Assembly: GCF_009834535.1 (NCBI RefSeq)
Contig: NC_045698.1
Location: 12,092,001 to 12,156,000, forward strand
Direction of reading: 5' to 3'
Length of the DNA stretch: 64,000 nucleotides
From: Camelus ferus
Lineage: Eukaryota
Shown: in pieces, positions 1 to 11,611 of the stretch
Layout: every line of letters starts with the position of its first letter
Position numbering within the stretch: the stretch's first letter is position 1
Translations under genes and position numbers: made by a program
Notes under the pieces: generated by a model
What the model was told of the DNA's origin: nothing
Seen by the model: only the letters and a program-made list of their open reading frames with translations
The model's database searches: none

Positions 1-135
1 TATCCTTCTAACAATCCCGTGGGGAAGGTACTATGATTATCTCCGTTTTACAGATGAGCAGAGAGGTTAAGAAATCCGCCCAGGACCCCAGGACCCGGGG
101 AGGTAGGACCAGGATCCAGAAAGGACTCAGGAGTC
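1..135. mobile_element. MIR SINE fragment
   Basis: MIR core-like text 'tatctccgttttacagatgag...agaggttaagaaatccgcccagga'; boundaries approximate. Confidence 0.7.
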
Positions 136-525
136 CAGCCAGCCTGGCTCTCAGCCAGCTCCCTCACTCTGCTGAACATCCCCCCGACACCAGCTCCCAC
201 CTCCTCCTCTGCCTGTTATCCCACAGAAGTAGCTGGAAGGGCTGTCACCAATTTTTGGAGAATATGTCTGCTGAACTGACTTAGGAGATTCCAGGAGCGC
301 TCCTCAAAGACACCAGCCGTCACCACCAAGGTTGCGGAAAGTGGGGATTATGTCCACACCTCTTCCCTGGTCCCCTCACCTCTTCCCCAGGCGTCCCACC
401 TCTCCTCTGGCTTTTCAGGCCAAATCTCCCCACTGGGCATCTGGTCCCCACAGGAGGGGTGGGGGGACACCAGGAGGAACCTTAAATCCCTTTGTTCTGG
501 ACTCCATGGCTTTACTTGTACGGCC

Positions 526-1215
526 TTTTTAAAAAACTTAATTGGCTTCATTTTTTTAGAGCAGTTTAAGGTTTATAGAAAAACTGAGTGGACTGTGCAG
601 AGACTTCCCACGTATCTCCTCCCCCATCTCCCCGCCCCACGTACAGAGTCTCTTAGAATTAACACCTTGCTTCAGTGTGATACAGTTGTTGTAACCCATA
701 AGCCAATATTGATAAGCTAATAACTGAAGCCCATAGTTTCCAGTAAGGTTCACTCTTTGTGTTGTACTTTCTATAGGTTTTGACAAATGCAGAATGTCAC
801 ATATCCACCATGATAGTGTCACACAGAGTATTTTCACTGCCCTAAAAATCCCCTGTGCTCCACACAGTCATTCCTTCCTCTTTCCCCATAAACCCTGGTG
901 ACCGATGGTCTTGTACTGTCTCTTCGGGTCTGTCTTTTCCAGAATGCCATACAGTTGGAATCACACAGTATGTAGCCTTTTCAGACTGGCTCCCTTCACT
1001 TAGCAGTATTTATTCAAGCTCCTCTGTCTTTTCATGATTTGATAGCCCATTTCTTTTTATTATCGAATAGCATTTCATCATACGATGTACCACTGTTTAC
1101 CCATTCACCTCCTGAAGGACATCTTGGTTGCTTCCAAGTTTTGACGATTATAAATAACACTGCTCTAAAAACGTGTGTGCAGGATTTTGTGTGGTTGTAA
1201 GTTTTCAACTCATTA
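526..1215 (-). mobile_element. Old L1 (L1MB/L1MC-type) 3' end
   Basis: T-rich start, then 'tttttagagcagtttaaggtttatagaaaaactgag' and 'gaaggacatcttggttgcttccaagttttg', typical of antisense L1M 3' ends. Confidence 0.75.
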
Positions 1216-1229
1216 ATTCATTCGGACAC

Positions 1230-1760
1230 AGCATTTTTTTTTAACAGCTCCATCAGCATGCTGGCTTATTTTGAATTTACAGGCAGCTAAAACCCTCAAG
1301 GATTCTATTCTTCTGATGCAAATTTTGGATCTCAGTATGTCCTATTCCATTCGTTCTTGTGTGACACAGCCCATCATTCAAACCCACAGACTTTAATGGT
1401 GGCATCAGTCACACTCGTTCTCCTGTCGAGCTTCATGACACCCACACATTTGATGTCTGCATGTTATCTGTGCTCATTCTCACTACTGGGCAGAGATCGG
1501 TCAGTGCTGGAGCCCTGTGACTTCCCAGGAGCAGCTGCTCCCACAGCGACCTCCGTTTGCTAATCAGCAGCTTATGAAACATGACAGGTCATCTAGTTTG
1601 CTGCTACATTCTGTCCACGTTATTCCATTCTTCCATAAAGACCTCATAAGAGATCTTCTTAAACACCTTGCTGCAACCTGCCGCATTTCTAAGGTCTGCG
1701 TTTCTGTGAGTGTCGATCTGCTTGGCTGATGCTGCAAATTACTCTGAAGTAGAGAACAGC
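1230..1760 (-). mobile_element. Degenerate L3/CR1 LINE fragment
   Basis: 'agcttcatgacacccacacatttgat' and neighbouring text resemble antisense CR1 RT; highly diverged. Confidence 0.4.
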
Positions 1761-2085
1761 TCTCAGCAGAAGAACCAAACACCATTAGGGTCTGCCAGCA
1801 AATATCACAGGGCACAGCCTGATCCAAGCCCCGGGGTGAACTTGCCAATCTGCCCATTCACAGAATTCACAGAAACACCTTGTGACCCCCTCCCCCATGG
1901 AGGAATTCAGAGGCAAAGACGGCCACACACAGGGGCCCAGAGGACTCCAGAATGCTGTAGAACAGTTATTCAGAGATGGGTTATGGCCACAACACAGGAC
2001 GCCCATGAGATCATGGGAGGCGGAGTGGTAAAGTTCACACTCTGAAGGCGGGGGGTGACATCTATGGACAGCTGTCCTTCTCAGT

Positions 2086-2764
2086 CAGGGGGGCTACGTA
2101 ATTTTCCAGGTCCAGTGCAAGGTGAAAAAGCAGAGACCCTGCTGGAGGCGGAGAAGTCATACCCCCTTCCCACCAGACTGCAGCCCCATCCACAACAAAG
2201 GGGAGATCCCCAAGACACTGCGGCCCCCGCTCTAGGGCACGTTTGGGACCTGGATCCGGGGCGGATGTGAGCCTCCTGCCCAGGCGTCACTCAGGGCACC
2301 GAGGCGCTGCCAGCTGGCACCAAGATGGAGCTCTGTGGCTATGGGCCATGTGACTGGGCAGGACCCTTCTCACACCTGTGCTCAGGCCCCAGCGAGGGGC
2401 GGATGGCCACAGCGGAACACAAGCCGCCCCTCACTGATGCAACATGGCCACTGCCCTGGGCAGAGGACCGGGGACAGTCATGCGGGGTGGGGTGGGGAGG
2501 AGGAGGCTGGGCAGGGCTGGCACCAAATGACTGGGAGGAGGTGGCATGAACTCCATCCTGGGGAGGAGGCCCTGTACGTGAGCTGAGGCCCTATGAGGCC
2601 AGCATATGCTTCATCGTCCTGTCAAAATTCACTTACAAAACACAAATCCAAAGATGAAAGTACTAAGAATTACAACCTCAGAGCATTAATGCGCAAGGGC
2701 AGGGCCTTCTGAGCACCAGGCTCCGTGCGACCGCGTAGGTCACACGCCCGTTTAGCCAGCTCTA
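2086..2764 (-). mobile_element. MER45-family (hAT-Tip100) DNA transposon
   Basis: Both MER45-like termini are present in antisense: 'cagggggg ctacgtaatttt..ccagtgcaaggtgaaaa' (2086-) and 'agagcattaa..gggccttctgagcac..gtgcgaccgcgtaggtcacacgccc..agccagctct' (to 2764). Confidence 0.7.
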
Positions 2765-3310
2765 CTCTCACCGCATCCTGGAGGGGAGGTTCCCATCACA
2801 GGCACCAAGAAAGGTTTTTTCCTCCTTAAAGTCGTTTTTACTTCAATAGAAAGGCCACAGATCCTTGTCTTTCTCCAAATTAGCCCAGGAACCTGTGACT
2901 TCATCAACAAATCCTAGAAATGAGAACATTAAGAAGTACTACCAACCCCGAAGTCTCCAGCTTCCGTAAACATCCCTCTGCAGATGGGTGGACTTTTATA
3001 ACCAAATTAAAAGCATCATTTCTGTTTACTAAAACAGTTACATGTACTTCTTTCAGCTCACTTAAGAAATGATATTTATCTGACAAAGGATAATCCAGAT
3101 TTTGGAAACCAAGACTGGTAAACATGATACACAACAACTAGAACATACATATACATATTATGATAATATGCTATATATAAACATACGAAATATGTCAATT
3201 ATATGCTATATATAAACATATACCATTATATATAGGTATATAAGTTTTATAAGTATATAAGATCATATGCAGATAAGAATACCCATTTGTCTTATAAAGA
3301 CACTGTATGG

Positions 3311-6300
3311 GAAAGAAATAATCAAGATCAGGGAGGAAATAAATAAAATAGAGATTTAAAAAAATAGAAAAAAATCAATAAAACCAAGAGCTGGTTTTTT
3401 GAAAAACTAAACAAAATCAACAAACCTCTGGCTCACCAAGAAGAAAAGTGAGAGGACCCAAAGAAACAAAATAAGAAATAAAAGAGGAGAAATTATAACC
3501 AATACCACAGAAATACAAAAAGCCATTAAGACAAGACTATGAACAACTATATGGCAACAAGTTGGACAACCTAGAAGAAATGGACAAATTTCTAGAAACA
3601 TACAGTTCACCAAAATTAAATCAAGAAGAAATAGATAATTTAAGCAGATGAACGGACTGATTATTAGAAGTGGAATAGACTCTGTAATTAAAAAAAAAAA
3701 AAAAAAACCTCCCTGCAAACAAAAGTCCAGGATGAGTTGGCTTCACTGGGGAATTCTACCAAACGTACAAAGAAGAATTTATACCAATCCTTCTCAAACT
3801 CTTCCAAAAGACTGAAAAGGAGGGAACACTTTCAAACTAACTCTATGAAGCCACCATCACCCTGAAATGCAACCAGGCAAAGACACTACCAGAAAAGAAA
3901 ATTACAGGCCAATATCTTTGATAAACAAAGATGCAAAAAACTCTCAACAAAATATTAGCAAACGGAATCCAACAGCACACAAAAAAGATCGTACACTGTG
4001 ACCAAGTCTTATTCATCCCAAGGTCACAAGGATAGTCCAACATACACATATCAATCAATTTTATACATCACGTCAACAAAAGAAAGGACAAAAACCACAT
4101 GATTATTTCAAAAAATGCAGAAAAAGCATTTGATAAAATTCAACACCCATTTATGATAAAAACTCCTACCATACTGGGTATAGAGGTATGTTTTATTATG
4201 TTTATTATGTTTTATTATCTCAACATAATAAAAGCTATTTATGACAAACCCACAGTCAGCATAACGCTCAATGGTGAAAAGTTGAAAGCCTTCCAACTAA
4301 ATTCTGGCACAAGACAAGGATGTCCACTATCACCACTTCTATTCAACATAGTATTGAAAGTAGCCATAGCAATCAGACAAGAAAAAGAAATAAAAGGGAT
4401 CCAAATTGGAAGGGAAGAGGTAAAACTGTCACTATATGCAGATGACATGATACTATTTGTAGAAAATCCTAAAGGCCCCACACAAAAACTACTAGAGTTG
4501 ATAAACAAATTCAGCAAGATAGCAGGTTACAAGATTAACATACAAAAATCTGTTGCATCTGTTTACACTAACAATAAAATATCAGAAAAGGTAAGTTTAA
4601 AAAAAAGTCCCTTTTAAAATTGCATCAAAAAAAAAAAAAAACAAAACAAACAAACAAAAAAACCTTAGGAATAAACCTGACCAAGGAGGTGAAAGCCTTA
4701 CATGCAGAGAACTATAAAACACTGATAAAGGGAATTAAAGATTATTTAAAGAAATTGAAAGATATCACCTGTTTTTGTATTGGAAGAATTGTTAAAATGG
4801 CCATACTACCCAAAGCAACCTACAGATTCAATGAGATCCCTATCAAATTACCCAGGACATTTTTCACAGAACTAGAACAAATAATCCTAAAATATATATG
4901 GAATCACAAAAGACTCAGAATTGGAAAGCAATACTGAAGAAAAAGAAGGAAGCTAAAGGCATACCCCTCCCAGACTTCAGACAATACTGCAGAGCTACAG
5001 TCATCAAAACAGCATGGTACTGGCACAAAAACAGACATATGGATCAATGGAACATACTAGAGAGCCCAGAAAAAAACCCAAACATCTACAGTCAATTAAT
5101 CTTCAACAAAAGAGGCAAGAATATACAATGGAAAGTGGTGTCAGGAAAGCTGGACAGCCACATGTATATCAATGAAGTTAGAACACTCCCTCACACCACA
5201 CACAAAAATAAACTCAGAATGGCTTAAAGACTCAACATAAGACTTAAATATAATGCAGGACACCATAAATCTCCTAGAAGAAAACACAGGTAAAATATTC
5301 TCTAACATAAACTGCAGCAATGTTTTCCTAGTCAGTCTACCAAGGCAACAGAAATAAAAGCAAAACTAAGTGGCAAGTGGTGTCAGGAAAGCTGGACAGC
5401 CACATGTATATCAATGAAGTTAGAACACTCCCTCACACCACACACAAAAATAAACTCAGAATGGCTTAAAGACTCAACATAAGACTTAAATATAATGCAG
5501 GACACCATAAATCTCCTAGAAGAAAACACAGGTAAAATATTCTCTAACATAAACTGAAGCAATGTTTTCCTAGTCAGTCTACCAAGGCAACAGAAATAAA
5601 AGCAAAACTAAACAAATGGGACCTAATTAAACTTATACACTTTTGCACAGCAAAGAAAACCATATGCAAAATGAAAAGACAACCTACAGACTGGGAGAAA
5701 ATATTTGCAAACAATGCAACTGATAAGGGCCTAACTTCTAGAATATACAAACAGCTCATACAATTCAATAACAAAAAAACAGACAACCCAATCAAAAGAT
5801 GGGCAGTAGACTTAAACAGGCATTTCTCCAAAGACAGACAGACAGTTGGCCAAAAGGCACATGGAAAAATGCTTGATGTCACTAATTATCAGAGAAATGC
5901 AAATCAAAAGAACAATGAAGTATCACCTCACACTGGTCAGAATGGCCTACATTAAAAAGTCCACAAATAATAAATGGTGGAGTGGGTATGGAGAAAAGGG
6001 AACCCTCCTACACTGCTGGTGGGAATGTAATTTGGTGCAGTCACTATGGAAAACAGTATGAAGATTCCTTAAAAAACTCAAAGTAGACTTATCATATGCT
6101 CCAGCAATCCCACTCCTGGGCATATATCCAGAGAAAACTCTGAATGCAGAAGATACATGCATTCCAATGTTCACAGCAGCACTATTTACAACAGCCAAGA
6201 CATGGAAACAACCTAAATGCCCATCAACAGATGAATGGATAAAGATGTGGTTTTTATATATACAATGGAATACTACTCAGCCATAAAAAAGAGTGAAACA

Positions 6301-6734
6301 ATGCCATTTGCAGCAACACGGATGGACCTAGAGATTATCATACTAAGTGAAGTAAATCAGACAAAGGAAGATAAATAATATATCAGTTACATGTGGAATC
6401 TTTAAAAAATGACACAAATGAACTTATTTATGAAACAGAAACAGACTCACAGACATAGAAAACAAACATGTTTACCAAAGGGAAAGGTGAGGGGCATAAA
6501 CTAGGAGTCTGGGATTAGCAGATACAAACTACTGTACACAAAGTAGAGAAACAACAAAGTCTTACTGTAAAGCACAGGGAATTCTATTCAATAGCTTGTA
6601 ATAACCTATAATGAAAAAATAGGAAAAGAATATAGATATAGATATAGATATATATAACTGAATCACTATGCTGTACACCAGAAACTAACACAACATTGTA
6701 AATAACTATACTTCAACTAAAAAAAAAAAAAAAA
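3311..6734 (+). mobile_element. 5'-truncated, inactivated LINE-1 (ORF2 3' part, 3'UTR, poly-A)
   Basis: ORF fragments 4099-4617 (RT motifs QGCPLSP, YADD), 4620-4937, 4898-5227 and 5671-6061 are frameshifted L1 ORF2; poly-A 6719-6734; degenerate TSD aaagacactgtatgg (3296-3310) / aaagacattctgtgtgg (6732-6748). Confidence 0.97.
5129..5611 (+). repeat. Direct tandem duplication, period 242 bp, inside the L1
   Basis: 5129-5369 and 5371-5611 align with 2 mismatches by eye. Confidence 0.95.
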
Positions 6735-9729
6735 GACATTCTGTGTGGTTTAGCTGCTATTGGAAAGGTAAAGTTCTGCAAATCACCATGGGCACTTTCT
6801 TTAACAAGCTGTGTCCAATTTCTAGATCCCAGGGTGATGACTGCTTTAAAAATACCACATTACCCAGCTGACTCATGTTCAGCTTGTGATAATTACAACA
6901 CGGATGATTTCTGGCCATGTTTGCATGGCATCGTTTCTGATTCATTTTTCTACTGGATAAGCTTTGTCTATTTGCTTTTTTCTAACTGCTTTTATTTCTT
7001 CTACACTTTCTTCTCTTATTCTCTGGGTCGGTTACATTATTTTGAATTTTAATCTAGTTTTCAAGTCACCAACAGCCACAGCCCACTTGGTATTGTTGGG
7101 ATGGTTTATAGCACCTTCTCTCCCCTGTTATCTGGGTCAGCTAAGAAATTAGACCCAATCCACACACTCAGAGATGAAGGAGGGCGTAAAGAAAACAGGC
7201 AGGGGTCCAGAGAAAACCTGAAAGACTATAAGGGTCAACCCTCTCCTAAAGGTTAAAAAAAAAAAAAGGGAGGGGACTAGGGAATGCCTGAATTATGTCC
7301 ATTTTGGAATGCACTGTGATTTTAAATAGAAAAATTTCCTATCAAATTATGGTTTTGACTAATATCAAATTAGCCTGCATTTGCTGCCCATAAGCCACAT
7401 ACAGGAAAGTTGGGTCCTCACTCTATGAAGATGATCAACAAGGAAAAAGACAGGCTGGAAACGAAATTCCACGCAGGTAACCCATCATCTCAGCTTTCTG
7501 TGCACGAATCACTCAGGACCACAGCTCTTCCCTGTCCCTCTACTGGTCTCCAGCACTCTGGACGCGTGTGGGGCTCTGGGGGTGCCTGCTCGGGCTTGGG
7601 ACTGGAACAGTGGGGCCAGGCTGGCCAGAGCCTGAACAGGCCCTGGGCCATGTGGACAACTGACAAGATGGAAAAGGAGGTGGAGGCACCACAGCAACCT
7701 TCTGTGGAACTCCACTCAGCGGCTAACTACAAATCTCTAAAAAAAAATATTTTCGTTGTCTGTTCAATAAGGAAAATGTCACTAAATCTTCCATTACTTC
7801 ATGATGAGTTTTACGAGGCCAAATTAAATGGCTTGACAGGATACATTTCTTATAAAGCAAAGAAAGGGACAGTTTACAAAAGCAAAGACTGAAAACTTCT
7901 TTGATCGTAGATGAAAAGGACAATATTTAGTTCACCCCATGTGTAAAAACCTAACCCTCATTTCTGGGTAAAGCGTAATCCACTTTGTACTACGAAATGA
8001 ATGGTGTCAACAGCTAAAATATACGTTTTTTTGTCTTCACAGAAAATCAGCCCGTGGACAAAAGCACTAGAACCATCCATAATTCTGATGCAGGAATTAA
8101 TGTGCAGTATTTGCTTTGTAGCTCTTTCAAAACAGAGGTCTAAGAAGGAGGTTTCACGTTCCTTTACTGAAATATTTAGAACCACAGACTTTGCTACATG
8201 GAGTCCTTGGTGTACACTGGCTTTATTTAGTATTTTGGTGGCTTTAATCATAAAAGAAGGGCCTCCTATGATTTATCCAGCATGATTCAAAATACAGATC
8301 ACATTTTGCTGGAAAATAATTCTGTCATCTTCTCAAGAGTTAGGCATACTGGCATCCACCTTCCTTAATATCACAAAATTCTGAATCACCGCTAAAGTTG
8401 GCTTTAATTTTTTTTTGGCCTTTTTAAATACAGATCCCACAAAAATACTGTCTGACGGTGTTATGTAAAATTAAACTACACGCCATTAAGGGGAAAAATA
8501 GCACTGCCAAATAAACTATGACCCTCCAAACTGTAAGATGCATCCCAATTTCAAACTTGTTTAAAAGTGAAAGTACGTCAAGGAGAGGGGGGGATATATA
8601 TCTTAGAAATCAACAAAATATATGGTTTTAAATAATTTGGAAAGAAGAGGGTAATCATGCAAAGGAGTGAGATAATGACTCGATTAATGGCAAGTCAGAG
8701 ACTAAATTAAACTCAGGAGTCTTTTTCCCAGAGAAGTGCTTCTGTACTTGGGATGACCCAAAAAAAGTGAATGAAGAGCAAGAGAGGGAAGAAACATGAA
8801 GAAAAATAAAGAGGTGAGTTTCTTTGCACAGGGAGACGAAAAATTTTGGGATCTACCCATAGGCTGGGGTAGACTGTAGCGATCAGAAAGGGTCCACTGC
8901 AGTGGAGGAGGGACTCGGACTGGCTCCCGCAGAAACCCGTGGTGATAATCCAGTGAATTCAGGGAATGTGCCCAGCTCAGCAAGGCCTGGTGGAGAAACC
9001 ACAAGACAGTGGGGAGGCGCAGCGGGGAGTTTGTGTTCTTGAGCCTAGAGAGTGGGAGAAGCCAAGGGCATGGCTGGAGTAGAACCAAGTCCATTCGAGG
9101 TCAAGGCAAAGCGAAATCATGCCCACTCCACCCCAGCTCTGCCTTGGAATTGAGAAGAGCAGCAGGCATATCAAGTCAGGAGCGCCGGGCGGTGCAATGG
9201 GCTCGTTAGCGCCACCTAGTGTATGGCATCTGTCCATCCACCTTGCCTGGCACCTGTCCCAGGTGGTCACTGCACCTCAGAAGAGGCTGACTTCCAAGCA
9301 GGGTGGGTGAGTCACCCTGTACAGCCCATTTCAGCTGAGCTCCCAGTAAGTGAAATACTAACTCCCAGATTCAGTCACAGAAAGGAGCCAGAAGGAGAAA
9401 GGAGGTCAGATCAAAGTCATGCATTGCAACGGAGCACAGGAGAGTAGGAGGGACGAGGTGAAGGGCTGGGCACAGAGCAGAGACAGGGAAAGCCAGAAGC
9501 AGAGAGGGGGAAAAGAAATAAATATAAAGTCAGGCAGCAGCTGTCATGGCAGCCCACCTTGCTTACAGGGGTTTTTACGCAAATAACAATGAGATATTCC
9601 ATGTATCGGCCCAGTGGCATCTGCAGAGTTTGAAACATGGCCTCAACTCGCACAGTGGGTGAGAAACACCTCCACGTCCTCCTCCTGATGCCTTACTATT
9701 TTCATCTCTAAAGTGGGCACTGGCTAGAT

Positions 9730-9860
9730 AAGTGCTTTCCCAAACTGACTGACCATCGGAATTACTCAGGACACTTTTTTTAAAACACCAATTCCTGGGC
9801 CCCACTCTGGACCTAGGAGAGCAGAAACCTTGAGGTGAGGCACAGAAGTCTACATGTTCA
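9730..9860. mobile_element. MER5-like hAT-Charlie fragment
   Basis: 'gtgctttcccaaact..catcggaattactcaggacactttttttaaaacaccaattcctgggccccac'. Confidence 0.55.
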
Positions 9861-10204
9861 GAGCCAGGAGAACACTGAACTGCAATGATCTCCCCAGGCA
9901 TTTCCAATTCAAGCATTCTCGGAGTCCATAAACCGTATAACCAGAAGCAATGGCACACAACTGACCCAAATCCAAGCTGAACCTGGGGCCTCCTCCTTCA
10001 TAAATAAGTAAATGCACACACTGGGTACAAGACACAGAGGCAGGGGTCGAAGAGGCTTCTAAGGAGATTAGCTCTTCTTAGTAGAGGGGGTGGGCCAGAC
10101 ACACAGCATTGAATTCAGAGAACCTTTATGGGCACATCCGAGAAAGAAATAAGCTGCAGAGTCATGAGGATTTTCTATGCTAGAAACTTTCACGTCTTCA
10201 TCTC

Positions 10205-10464
10205 ATGTTGTTTATTGAAGTACAGTTGATTTACAGTATCATGTTAGTTTCAGGTGTACCGCAAAGTGATTCCATTATATACACTTTTTTCAGATTATTT
10301 CCCATTATAGGTTATTACAAGATACTGAACAGAGTTCCTTGTGTTGTACAGAAAATCCCTGTTGTGTAGCTGTTTCACGTGTAGCAGTTTTACCTGTTAA
10401 TCCCACACCCCTAATTTACCCCTCCCCCCCACTTTCCCCTTTGGTAACCGTGAGTCTGTTTTCT
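10205..10464 (-). mobile_element. L1 3'-end fragment with TSD
   Basis: Antisense L1 3' tip 'tttattgaagtacagttgatttaca'; 13-bp TSD acgtcttcatctc at 10192-10204 and 10465-10477. Confidence 0.9.
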
Positions 10465-11274
10465 ACGTCTTCATCTCCTTTAACGCTCCTGCACAACCCG
10501 ATGAAGTTGGATATGTGGTAACTGTACGCTCATAAATAGACTAGGCTGGAGCAGTGTGCCTAAAACCACGCAGCCCGTATTGGAAAGAGTTGGGTCTTCT
10601 TGATTCCAAGTCCCCTGATCTACTTGCACACATTTATGGAATCCCTTGGCATCCCGCTTTAACCAACCAATCTAAAACACTGGAATGTTCTAGAGAGCAG
10701 GGCTGAAACAGCACCTGTCGCATGGGCGTCTGCCTCTTACATGTCCATTCAGCTGGGGTCACGCACCAGCTCATCTCCACATTCCATTCAAGACCCCGTC
10801 CAGTCACCTGGCCCTGGCCAGGGTCCCAAAAAGGAATTCAGCCACCCTGCAGTACCGAGACCGACAGCAGTGCCACCGTGTAGATGATCCTCTCCTTCCT
10901 CCCTCTCCAATCTCAAAACTTGAGAACACGAGGAACTGGACCCCAGCCCCGCAGCCTTCATGTGGCACCTGCCCCACCTTGGTTCTGTTCTGTTGGTCGG
11001 CCCGGTTCTCCAGGCCATCCCTACCCTGCCAAGGCTCTGCCTCCCTAGCTTCCAGCCAATCCCTTCCTAGAATGAATCTTGATCAGACCCTAGTAACACA
11101 TTGTTCACAATCATGGTGACATACAGACGGGCCTCCTGGAATGACCATTCCCTGTCAAGATTTCACACAGCCCAGACCCTCTCCCTCCCAGTCTGAGACC
11201 CCCACGTTCCAGAACTAGGACTGGGGCCAAGTGTCTGGACCAAAGTGTGCACTCCAAGGTCTACCTCTACGTCA

Positions 11275-11611
11275 GATACCGTGGTCTCTCTCATCTTAAG
11301 TAGCCTGTTTGTTCCAGTCCGCACAGTTTCTTCAGTTTATTCAGCTGTCTCAGCCTTGGTCCCTCTGCTCACCGAGTGCAGCGGCTGGAGAGAACGGCGG
11401 CTTTTCCAGCACGGGTAGGTAAGGGTGAACGAGCAGTTGGCCCTGCCCACCCCAAGGAGCTGAGGACCTACCTGTGCTGGAAAAGCCGCCGTTCTCTCCG
11501 GCCGCTGCACTCGGTGAGCAGAGGGACCAAGGCTGAGACAGCTGAATAAACTGAAGAAACTGTGCGGACTGGAACAAACAGGCTACTTAAGATCAGAGAG
11601 ACCACAGTATC
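11275..11611. repeat. Long inverted repeat: 146-bp arms, 45-bp spacer
   Basis: 11275-11420 is the reverse complement of 11466-11611 with 4 mismatches and no indels. Confidence 0.97.

Noticed and set aside
3140..3270. AT-rich stretch with a repeated atatgctatatataaacata
   Set aside because: Ordinary low-complexity (TA)n decay; not an array
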